Shown here: in pieces, positions 12,568 through 23,816 of the stretch
Layout of the letters: each line of letters opens with the position of its first letter
Numbering within the stretch: the first letter of the stretch is position 1
DNA from: Azolla caroliniana
Taxonomy: Eukaryota > Plantae > Polypodiophyta
Reading direction: 5' to 3'
Assembly: GCA_043228905.1 (NCBI GenBank)
Contig: JBHGNT010000003.1
Span: forward strand, 6,076,001 to 6,140,000
Length of the DNA stretch: 64,000 nt
Position numbers and translations under genes: made by a program
Notes under the pieces: generated by a model
Told to the model about the DNA's origin: nothing
Seen by the model: the letters and a program-made list of their open reading frames with translations, nothing else
Database searches by the model: none

Positions 12568-14896
12568 ATAGACACCCAACTAACTCCAAGCTTTGTCTAT
12601 TTCTATGAGAAGCATGAAGGGGTGATTGAAGCTCACAAGATAGCCCACAAACTCCACTCATGGATGTGAACCGCTATTCCATCCCTGGAAATGACTGGAT
12701 GTCTAAATTGTGAGTGCTCCCCACTCATGATCTGTTGTACAAAGCACCAGGCACAACTGGCAACCTCCCACCCCATTCCATGAGTATGAAGATTATAACA
12801 TTGAATGTGCAAGGACTCAGAAGTAGACTAGACCAGCAAAATAGATGGAAATTGAGAAGGGATCTTGAAGAATATTTACTAGGGAGTGGTGCTGACATCA
12901 TCATGTTGCAGGAACACCACCTCGATAGCACACAGTTAAAGGAAGTTGGAGACCTTCTACTAGGATCATGGCGAACAATTTGGGAGCCAACAATTGGGGA
13001 GGATGGAAATCATGGTGGTATACACTTTGATTCGGGAACATCTAGCCCAAGGCTTAATACACCAAGAATCACTTATACCTGGTAGGGCACATTTTTGCAC
13101 ATTGACCATCCAAGGGCAACGATGGAACTTCATGAATGTTTATGCTCCAAATAACAGAATAGAAAGAGCAACATTCTGGGACCGCATCCGCCTACAAGTA
13201 GTGGGTGCGGAAGAGTGGTGCATTGGAGGGGATTTTAATATGATCGAATCCATTCACGATAGCTCCAACAACTGCCCCATAGTTCTACAAGGAAGGGAAC
13301 GCAAACAATGGGAGAAGCTATGTGTCCACCTTAACCTGCGAGACATCTGGCATTCTGCCAACTTCCAACGGAAAAGGGATTCTCTCCTATTCTCCCGATC
13401 AAACGGGCAGAATAGTGGACCCACCCTATCTCGCATTGACCGCATTTATGTGGGGGAGGCTTTAGAAGCGAAGGGAGGGTGGTGTCGCATAACTCCAGGC
13501 ACGACTTTCTCTGACCATTACCCGGTAGCTGGTCATTTTCAATTGCACCAATAATGGGGCCCATTCCAGACTCGCATCCCACACACTATTTACACACTTA
13601 TAGACGTGAAGGACCAACTATCCAACCAATGGTCATTACCTGTCAATGGCTCATCAGCATCGGACAAACTTTTAGCTAAATTAACAAGAGACTCTACTCT
13701 CCTACATGAGATTATCAAGACCAGACGCAAGGATGCTCAGGAGAAGCAACAGAGGACAAAACGGGGACTAATAGCCTTACAACGACTCCAACAGAGATAC
13801 CCATCCTATATTTGGATCGCAGGACAAGTCGCCATGGCCAAACAGGAACTTAGCATGGCAGAAAAGGCAATATATGACATGGAGTTTCATGGCAGCATGG
13901 CGCGATGGATTTGAGTAGGGGACAAAACCACAAAGGAATTCTTCCGCTCCAAAGGCCCAAGGCACGCTAGAACTGTGATGTGCAGCCTCAATCGTGAGGA
14001 TGGAACGACCACTGAGGATGACGATGAAATGAGGAATATTGCCACAAGGTATTATAGCTGCCTACTTACCGAAGACATTATAGCTACAGGGGAAGACATA
14101 AGCGATGATATTATCCTCCAAAGCATACCTGAGAAAGTCACGCCGGAAATGAATACCTGGCTCGTGCGTCCCCTATCAATCATTGAGATATGGGAGGCCC
14201 TCACTGATTTAGATGCCGAGAGATGCCCCAGAATCGACGGTCTCACCCCGCACTTTTTCACATGCCTTTGGGGCACTATTAAAGAAGACCTCCTTCCGGG
14301 CATATGAGGAGATCATCACCTTTGGAAGCATGCCGGAGGATTTTGGATAGGGGATGATACATCTCATTCCTAAAAGTGGTGGGAATGCCAACGACATTCA
14401 CAAGTGGCGGCCCGTTACTCTTCTCAATACTGTCTATAAGCTGCTCGCAAAAATCGTGGCACGTTGTTTAACTCCACTTCTCCCTCAACTCATTCGTCCA
14501 TCCCAGACAGGTTTCGTTAGAAATCGGAGCATCCTAGACAACCTCTTCTCATTCTGGGAAACAGTAGCCCTTGCCAAGTAGACCAACAAGAAGGTAGCGG
14601 TGGTGCTACTAGATTTTGAGAAAGCATATGACAGGGTATGCTGGAACTTTCTAGAAAGTGTGATGAGGAAATTCGGCTTTCAAGAGACATGGATCAAAGG
14701 CATTGCAGGATTTTATAGGAATGGCAGCAGTTGCGTTTCGCTGGCATGTGAAAGGGGCCCCTTTTTCCAAATATCCCGCTCTGTACGGTAGGGATGCCCA
14801 CTAGCTCCATCCTTATTTCTATTATACGCCGAAGCACTCTCTTGCTTTCTCAACTCGCAACATCTCAACCTACGTGGTCTTCCCATACCTCATTCT

Positions 14897-15602
14897 TGTT
14901 AGGAAACAAGTCCCTCTAGATGGGAAGTGAGAAGAATAGTACTGATGAGCAAACTCGGTCGAGGCCGAAACCGGAGGAGGAGTACCTGGCTACGGAAGAC
15001 CCGGTGAGAACCGGATGTGGTGTACCCGGCTACGGAAGACCCGGTGTGAGCCGGATGAGGAGTACCCGGCTACGGAAGACCCGGTGTGAACCGGATGAGG
15101 AGTACTCGGCAAGAGCCGGATGGTGAAGGCCCGGTGAGAAGTGCTCACCGGATGAAGGGACATATTTGTAAATATGTCTCTGAGAGTCCATCGGGGCTAT
15201 ATTTGTAAATAGCCGAAACGTCATATTAGTATAAATATGACTTAGGGCAAACAGAGAATATAGTTGTTGTCATTCTTGTTGGCGCAAGATTAGAGCGTGC
15301 AACTGTGTACAGAGAGAGTGAGAGAGAGGAAGAGGTCGTTGCCTCTGATTGTAACCGCCGCCTGTGGCGAAGATAGCAAGCTCGAGGTCGTGGCCTCGGT
15401 GCTTTCTTATTGTACATTCTGACATAATGATAGTTCGCGGTCTGTAGGCTACCGTGGTTTTTCCCGAGTTTGGGTTTTCCACGTAAACATCCTGTGTACT
15501 CTTCTCTCTATCGTGTTGTGTTTCATTCCCTGTTTTTTCTGTGTTTTATTCTGGCTCGGTTGTGGCCGAGCGTTGAGCAAAGGGAGCGTGTAGTTCTTGT
15601 CA
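14897..15602 (+). mobile_element. Solo LTR (probably copia-type), 706 bp, with 5-bp TSD ATTCT
   Basis: TG...CA ends; ATTCT at 14892-14896 and 15603-15607; removing it restores the LINE RT frame PIPHS|YQSILDIEFADD. Confidence 0.92.
14971..15110 (+). repeat. 40-bp GC-rich tandem repeat (~3.5 copies) in the LTR U3 region
   Basis: Unit CCGGATGAGGAGTACCCGGCTACGGAAGACCCGGTGTGAA. Confidence 0.9.
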
Positions 15603-18014
15603 ATTCTTACCAAAGCATCTTGGATATAGAATTTGCAGATGACACAACAGTCACCTGCAAGGGGACCTGGAAAACCTCCAAAAGCTAGAAAGTGGGCTAG
15701 CTTTATTTTGCAAGCGATCCAACGCCATGATCAATTGGCACAAATCTTGTGCAATATGGCTCTCTCAGGAAACACATCCGGTGTGGCACCCACACCCCGC
15801 TTTCAAATGGATCAATCAAGGAGCGAGCACCAAATATTTGGGCTTCCAAATTGGTTTCAACATACCACTGGAGACTATGATTGCACCCGTTATCCTTTCC
15901 ATTCGACAAAAGTTGATACATTGGAGCTCGAAAAAATTGTCGCTAGCAGGTCGCATCATAGTGGCAAATCAGGTACTCCTCGCAACAACATGGTACAGTC
16001 TATCATGTTGGACAATCTCCAAGGAAAGTATACATCAGATTCAACGACTGGTCCACAACTACATTTGGTCTGGTAAGGAAGACCATGTAGCTCGCGCCAA
16101 GGTGGCGTGGCCTATACTCACAACGCCTAAGTCGAGAGGGGGATTGGGTCTTATTGATCCCCTTTCACAATCAAAAGCCTTACTTGCCAAATTTGTGGTG
16201 CGAGGACTCCAACCAGGAAATGATTGTTGGAAAATGCTATTGAGGTTATGTTTCGCTTACTTTAGGCCACAAAAAGGGGTCAATTGGGCCCCCCAAACAG
16301 GATGGATTCTAAACATGGATCTCAAACCTAGTTTCTCCCGCCATTTGGAGGATAGATTCAGTGCATCCATGTGGAAGGCATGGTGTGACATTCGTCGAGG
16401 GCTCAAGTGTGATCAATCGAGATCCGAACCTGCTTGGCTCAGTCAACGTATCCTATGGAACCCATGTCTCAAGGATGAATCTAATCAACTACTGGGATCA
16501 TGTAAGGGGTTGTCATGGGGATACATTGCAGAAGGTCCAAGCAAAAGTATAGAATGTTGGCGACGGTTTATGTCAATGCCACTACAAGATCAAGCGAACA
16601 TACTCCATGGAATCAGGGGCGGATGGACTATGAGATCGGAAATCATTAACGCTCTACTGATTAGGGAATTTGCTACTCAAAGGACGACAATGGAGAAATG
16701 GATAGGCCATGAGGAGGAGGGTTCTCTGATCCCGAGAGGTAGGGGATCACCAGACAGACTCGAAGGCCCCGAATTGTGAGACATTGAGACACCAACACAA
16801 AATAACGCCATTCGAGTACTCGCGTACACTGGTCATAAATGGATTGTAGATCCTGATCCGATCAAAGTACAACCCTATTGGCATATATGTACTCATGAAA
16901 ACACATGGCTACATAAGGTCAGTTGGGACCCTTTGCAATGGACATGGCGTGATCCCTACGCGGGGCAAGGAAGCAAACCCATCCCTTTCTTCCAATTCAC
17001 AACTGGATTGGGTTGCCACATTCTAGCTGCTCAAGCCGCCCGGGAACCGGCTGCTGCGAAGGTCTGGCACACATTTCATGTTCCCTCCGCAATAATCACC
17101 AAGTTTTGGCAGAAAATCTGGAAGCAACAACACGCGAGGCAAATTACCACTTTCCAATGGCTGTTAATACATAAGTCCCTACCGGTGGGAGCATGGCAAC
17201 GTGGGAACCTTAGCTCTCCTAATTGTGTAAAGTGCCCACATGCAGTAGAATCCATATGACACGCTCTGTGGGACTGCCCAACGTCCCATTGAATATGGCG
17301 GGGGGTTGGCCGCTTATTGCAATTATGCCAGGTGCAAGGTTCAATCAAGTGGGGAAATATATGTTGGCTATCATGGTAGGCTGCAATTGGCCGATACGAG
17401 CATCAGGAGGAGGGGATGACTTTGGTGATAAAAGCACAAGAGGTCCTTTTCTCCTCCAGAGGCAATGTCCACTCTATTCCTCTTAATGACAAATCTCAAG
17501 AGGTGTTGGAATTGGTCAGCCCAATATCCCTTTGGATTCTATGGAAACAACGATGTAGGCGAGTCTTCTCCAACCACACCGCCCATCCAACAAGGTTACT
17601 GCAAGAGATATGGAGTGAAATTGTAGCCACTCTGAAGAGCCAATATGATGGCCTTAAAGGCGGCTCCGAGGGAGTTGAAAGACAACGCATAGCCTTCATC
17701 CAACAATGGTCGTCCTCTCCCTTTCTTGAGTCAGTGGGCTTCCACATAAGATGGAACTATCGCGTCCCTTTAGGGATTTGTACATAATCGTGTCATTTGT
17801 AAAATTTTATAACTAATGGAAGGAGTTTTTTTTGGAAATAAATAAATAAATAAAATATGTCAATGACAGATGATGAATCCCTTGTTAGGGATCAAGGAGG
17901 TTACAAGTATTTATATTGTGAGATGAAGTACATGCATTAGAATATTCTGGAAAATATTCTAGAACTTTCTAAAGGTATCTCATCTAGATCAACTATGTTA
18001 TATACATATATATT

Positions 18015-18090
18015 CTCATGTCAAAATGGTTGAGCATGACATCTTGTTTACGTGAGGTTGTAGGTTCAATCCTCACCAACTATGTGTTTT
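18015..18090 (+). mobile_element. Possible tRNA-derived SINE head
   Basis: A-box-like TGTCAAAATGG (~18019) and B-box GGTTCAATCC (~18063) at tRNA-like spacing; no full cloverleaf. Confidence 0.45.
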
Positions 18091-18439
18091 ATGTTATTGT
18101 ATTGTGACAAAAACAATGTTCGACTTGTATGCGTTAAGCATATCGGTATCGTTTATTCTAAGCCAAGATCAAACTCGTTTTTTGGTTAATTTCTGCTATA
18201 CATGGCAAGTTGATGAATTCATGTGCAATATTTGAATTTTGGTGACCCATATCTTTAACCCTCTTAGAGAAGCATCTTGTCACCATTGTTATTAGCATAA
18301 GCTATCGACCAAAGATAATTTTATGGTTTAAGGGTTCTTAACCACATTGATCATCTCGAGTAAAAACAAGAAATGAACATAAAATACCAACGGTGTCCCA
18401 TCCCATTGAATATTACCTTATATTATAACTCAGTAGTTC

Positions 18440-18890
18440 AAATGAACAGATATGACAAAAGAGAGCTTTGCCTCACCAATATAGTCTCAAAAATGTCTCA
18501 AGATACACTTCGGGGATAGCTAGTTCCCTTTATGTAGTCCAACTCTTTAGGCTCCCACACCATAAGGTGTTGTAGGTCCATGTGGATTTGTCCCCCTTCC
18601 TAGGATAACTTGTTTCCACTTAGCCTACTCTTAAACCATAAATATTAGCTTTAGAATAGGTCACCTTATTTTATACCTTGGTAGTTGAGATGAATGGGTC
18701 CAAAAGACGAGAGCTTTGCCTCACCAATAGAGACTTGACAATGCCTCAAGATGTCGTAATGATGGGAGTAGTTTGTTCCCTCTATAGAGACCAATGTTGT
18801 AGGTTCTTATGGGTTTGTCCCAAGTCCTAGGTAACTAGTTTCTCAATTATCCTACTCTTAAACCATTAAACTTTAGTTTTAAAATTGTCC
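18440..18890. repeat. Diverged direct duplication with ~250-bp period
   Basis: GAGCTTTGCCTCACCAATA at ~18463 and ~18711; CCTACTCTTAAACCAT at ~18624 and ~18851. Confidence 0.75.
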
Positions 18891-19065
18891 TCTAAGGTTT
18901 TGCTTATAAAAAGCAATATGTCAAACTAATGTTTCTTAACAACCCAACCCATTATTTCTTTTCCATTGTATATATTCTCAAGTGCATAATAGTGTTTCCT
19001 ACTTCCAAGTAGTATTTGTTACCATCTCTTTAAAATACCTAACAATATTTTGTTTTTATTTTTAT

Positions 19066-19685
19066 TTTTCCAAAATGAAGCTACTTTCCCATTAGTTAGG
19101 AAGGATTATTACAAAGAGACTATACAAGGAGGCTTATACATAGAACGGGGAATCCCCCTCCGATCAGGTTCAAGAAAATGAGACTAGTTACATCACCTTT
19201 CAGACTGACTACTTATTGTAAGTACCTATAGCTAAAAACGGTGCCCTTTAGTGATGGCTAGTACGAGACACCTCCTGGGGTCGACAACGAAGGGAGGATG
19301 GTAAGTGAGCCGGAAACAGCCAGCGTGGGGGCTGGTAGTTCCACCTCGGGCTACTTCCTCCTTGTGTCACCATAGGCATGTTCCGCCATTTCTGCCAAAA
19401 GCGCAAACGGGCAGTAACCACATCATTGGAATGGCTGCAAACCTCGTCCAATTGCCCTCGTAAGCAGCTGATCAGCGCAAACCATATGTCTATTATCACT
19501 TCCTCAGCACAAACCAATTCCTGAAAGACCTTTAGGCAACGCGCTTTCCGTACATACCACAGGGTGAAGCCTGCTATCAACATCCAAATGTTCGGGAACC
19601 TAGGAGATGCGGACTACAAGCCTCTCTCAAATCGAATCTTGGCGATTTTGCCTCTCATGCATACGTAGCACCAACTATCCGCATT
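19066..19685 (-). mobile_element. Second 5'-truncated copy of the LINE 3' end found at 4553-5462
   Basis: Reverse complement matches ~4834-5455, including the 3' terminus and an A-rich tail. Confidence 0.88.
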
Positions 19686-20510
19686 TTGCTTGAAGCGAGG
19701 AACCCTACCATCTATGATTGCAAAGAACCTCAAGGTCATGATATTTGAAGCCTTCTAATGTTTCAAAGTGACACATTATTGCACACCAAAAATGTGCTAG
19801 TTGAGGGTAATCAATCATGTAAATAATATAATCTATACAAAAAACATTTTTTGTTTATGAGCTCCTTGTTGATAGGATCAAGATCATGTCTGGATGACCT
19901 CCAAACTAAATGGAGAGAGAGGTAGCCAATTTAAGGTGTTGTTCAAAACACCTACTTATTTAAAAATATAAGAGCATGGTCAAATGTGGCATCAATTAGT
20001 ATGTGGAACATTTGGAAATACAGATATCTCAAATGGTACTACGAGGAAACACACATAATTGCCCCACCTTTTTTTATCTAAGGTATACCGTATCACACAA
20101 CAATTGCCAAATATATATGAAAGCAACATGTAAATAGTAGAGTATCCATAGATACTTAGAGTGTACATAGCTTGATTTGTATATGCGATTCATCTAACTA
20201 GTGGGAAGCAGTTTTTTCTCGAAAAACGTCAAAGCACAACTCAACTAATTAAATCAATGACAATTTTGATGTGTATAAATGTCAAAGAACTCTAGTTATG
20301 TATACAAATTATAAAATGGTTTATGTTAATTTTCCATATTTTAATCGGTGAAGTAAACTTCTACAATATAGTATGGGTTTTCATGAACCCCTTTGCTGGA
20401 GAAATGTCCCCCTGCAATAACTAGAGGGTGGAATATGTTGGTTTCTTAAAGATGAAAATAGATTTACAAATAAAACCTAGAACAACTCAGGTTTAAAAAT
20501 AGAATTACAA

Positions 20511-20915
20511 CTAGAAACCAAAGAAAGGAGAGAAGGGTTGCTCACTTATATTGACACTGAAGGTGGGAATATGTTCATCTAAATAACAATGAGAATTGAT
20601 TTGGTTGTGATAGACCACATTTGGGTTAGAACTAGAATGGGCCATTGCATAGTCGTGAAAAGGAGAGTCTGAAGATGAGGGATGAATTATAATAGAATCA
20701 CAAATCTTCTTTGAGTTTACCGTACTCATATTTTTATGATGATGTTGTTTTTGTTCATTATGATGTTGACACGTGTGAATGTGTTGATGATGCAGTGTTG
20801 ATCCCTTCCCTGTCAATTGTTGCACCACTAGTCGGAACTCATAGGCTTCTACTTTCACCACGATGGGAGGTTGCATGTGTTGAAATGTAACCTTTGGCCC
20901 TCTTGCATTTGCCAT
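20511..20915 (-). CDS. VQ-motif-containing protein (intronless)
   Basis: FRLVVQQLTG fits the FxxxVQxLTG signature; first ATG at 20915 (the ORF track starts at a TTG); TATAAAA on the minus strand at 20997-21003. Confidence 0.85.
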   Translation of the reverse strand: MANARGPKVTFQHMQPPIVVKVEAYEFRLVVQQLTGKGSTLHHQHIHTCQHHNEQKQHHHKNMSTVNSKKICDSIIIHPSSSDSPFHDYAMAHSSSNPNVVYHNQINSHCYLDEHIPTFSVNISEQPFSPFFGF

Positions 20916-21098
20916 TGCTTCTTCTTGTGTTTCTTCTGTTGCTTGTCTTGCCAAAAAACCCTATAGACTACTACAATGTTCAAGCTATATACTATCTTTT
21001 ATAGGCTTATAACAAACATAAAACCACAAAAAGGATATCGGGGAACGAAATCAATTTATGAATCATTCCGCTATTTATTCTCAATGTTATCACCAAAC

Positions 21099-21480
21099 TT
21101 GACTTTTTCCTTGCTTTAGCCTTCAGTCATCCCTTAGCTCATTGTTTTATTTTCCAAGGTATACACCAACTTTCCATTACATAGTTCACATTCCATCCCA
21201 TATTGGGCATGTCGATGTCACTTTTTGCATCTTGATGACGATTTGATTTTAAATTGATTTCTTATGGGGAAATGAACAATGTCAAAGTGCACAAATAACG
21301 ATAGACAAAGAGAGTTTTCAATTTATAATGATATCTTTTGACAATGTGGTCACCGTCAAATGTGAATGTTGTTGAGAGATGAATTTGTTGTCAATAGCTG
21401 AAAGTGCAAAGTAATCACATGTTCAACAATTATGGAACTTCTACTTTGACAAGAAAACTAAATTGTTAAAAAAAGTCAAA
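21099..21480 (-). promoter_or_regulatory. W-box cluster upstream of the VQ gene
   Basis: TTGACT at 21099 and (reverse) 21474, plus about five more TTGAC cores within ~400 bp. Confidence 0.45.
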
Positions 21481-23816
21481 TTTCAATATGGCAATGAAGC
21501 TTCCACTTAGTCACACAAAACTACACCATGAAAGCATTGATTTAAAATATTGTAGTGGACACCAGAAACAATGAAGGTTTCACCTTAGAACTCTATTTTT
21601 TTTGGATTAACCTTTTGAGTTGGACCCATTTTCTCACAAATATTTTCAACATTTTGTGACGATTCCTTTCTTTCTATAGGTTGCTCGCTTTGAAAGCTCA
21701 TTTGAATATCCTAAAGTTCATTTCCAAGATGTGAGACCCTAAAAAATTAAGCATGCACTTCCAAACTAATTCCAGTGCTCCACAAGAGTTGTCTCACTAA
21801 TTCTAATGCAAGTCTCACTTATCTTTATCTTCTATTAAGTAATGATATCTTCTAAACTCACCGACTCCAGTGGCTTTACCAAAGATTTGTGGTTTGAGAA
21901 GGTCTTGAAGAACTTCTCACCCTATCCCATGGTTGCCTTTCACAACTTTGACCTAGGGGGGTTAGTAAATCCCATAAGAATTTGGACAAGTCAATATGAA
22001 ACCTCAAACCTTACCCCTCGCTTTGTTCTCCTAGTATTAGCCTAGGCTTATACATATATCCCCCGATCTTTATGTGCATAAACATTGTGAGAAATCTCGA
22101 ATATTGCCCCTAACCTCAAGTATTTTTGTGTGGAAAAAACTTGAATATTCCCTGCCACCTTTTTGAGTGGAGATGTCATGGAAGATTCCACCCATTTTAT
22201 AGTTATGTTGATTGCCTCCAAATTGGTCTCAAGCCTCATGATGTCTTCTCATCAATCCTTTGGAGGGTCTAAATGTGTGTAGTGGAGATTTTGTTTGTGT
22301 GCCCTAAATCCCATCCCCATCGTCCAATTGTCTTCCCCAACCTTCTTGAGGAGCTTTTTCCCATAGACATGACCTTTCTTCTCTACTCCTTTCTAATTTC
22401 CCCTTCTCTTTGTTGTTATCCTTCTTCTTCTTCTTATTTTGATGCCATTAACTTCATGAGTTATCACATCCCGATAACAACTCTATTTCTTAGTTTCAGA
22501 CCATATACCTTTGTTTTGTCCATTTGCCTAACTAAAGAATCTCTACATGCATAGAAAACTCTAAGGAAATATAGTGAAATGATGTATTACATGTTCAAAT
22601 TCCAAATGTTTACACTAAGCTTTCATTTTCTCTTTATAATGCTAAGGTGTATCCCCACTATTTTATCTGAATTTTTGTCATAGTGCCTTTTCCTCCAACG
22701 GAAACAAACCTTGAGCAAGACTAGGCAAGGGAAGCAGGAATAGTGTACAAGGAAATGAAATACAATGAATCTGATGCAAATACACCATAAAGTATACTCA
22801 ACTATCTTGTATCCATCTTTTTGCGAAACCATAAACATACATTAACAAAGGTAAAACAGCTCAAAATGCATCCATTAATATTTTCTAAGAGATATTAAAG
22901 GGCTCCACCTCCACAACAAACTCCCAACAGTTTCACGCACAAATGTCTTCCTCTTCAATTTCATGCACACAAAGGATTCCTTCGTGGGATGGCACTTTTG
23001 ACCATTTCCAGAATATCAAGTTGAAAACACAAAACCATCTCCTTTTATAAAGGTTTCAAGAACCGGAACAATCATCAAAAGAACATTAAAAACATCTTTT
23101 ACAAAAACATTTGACAATGTTCAAATTTCAATAAAATCTTGGGGAATCCTTTGACAAACCCGTTGATGAGCATATCGGTGAAGCAAAGTACACTTTTCCC
23201 AACTATAGCAGCATGCCATATTTAATCATATATTCTATTCCATATTTAAACACTTCAAATAATATCCATGAGATGACAACTAGTGAATCAATATACTCTA
23301 AAACAGTACACGGTAGCAACAATCAGATATTCTATTTCGTATTATAAGATCTCTAATAAAATCCTTAAGGGGAGTAGATAGTCATAATGCCTAGCATCAT
23401 TCCAGTACCCATGAAAGCAAAAATCTACATTTCAAAACATTAACAATGTAAACCATCAGATAACAAATTTGATATTAACAATTTACCTTCTGCTTCTTCT
23501 CATATATACATCATTTGTCAATTAATTGCAAGAACAGACTATTTATTTAAATACAAACTCCATCTGTTTGTTCAATCATGGCAGGAATATGTCAGGCTAG
23601 TATAATTATATACACATCCTTCTGCTGTTTCTCAAGGAGTGTCTGTATGAACTCATCACTTTTTGTTTTCAGTCCTCGACTTCTAGAACATCACCTGATT
23701 GCATAATTATTACTGCTGCTATAATCAAACCCTAATATCAAAATTTTCTGACAGAGTTAACCTTATAAATAAAATTTATTGGGAATTGAATCGTTTACAC
23801 TTGCACTCTAAACATC

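Larger units (their letters stand above)
12780..17857 (+). mobile_element. L1/Tx1-like LINE with near-complete but decayed ORF2 (APE endonuclease, RT, zf-RVT), interrupted by a solo LTR
   Basis: MKIITLNVQGL, LQEHH, NVYAP, GGDFN, SRIDR, SDHYP; WRPVTLLN, LDFEKAYDRV, GCPLAP, EFADD, KYLG; C-terminal zinc finger; (AAAT)n tail at ~17836-17857; several stops and frameshifts. Confidence 0.92.

Noticed and set aside
14971-15110. CRISPR-like appearance of the regular GC-rich repeats
   Set aside because: Units are contiguous with no unique spacers, there are no cas genes, and the array lies within a eukaryotic LTR.
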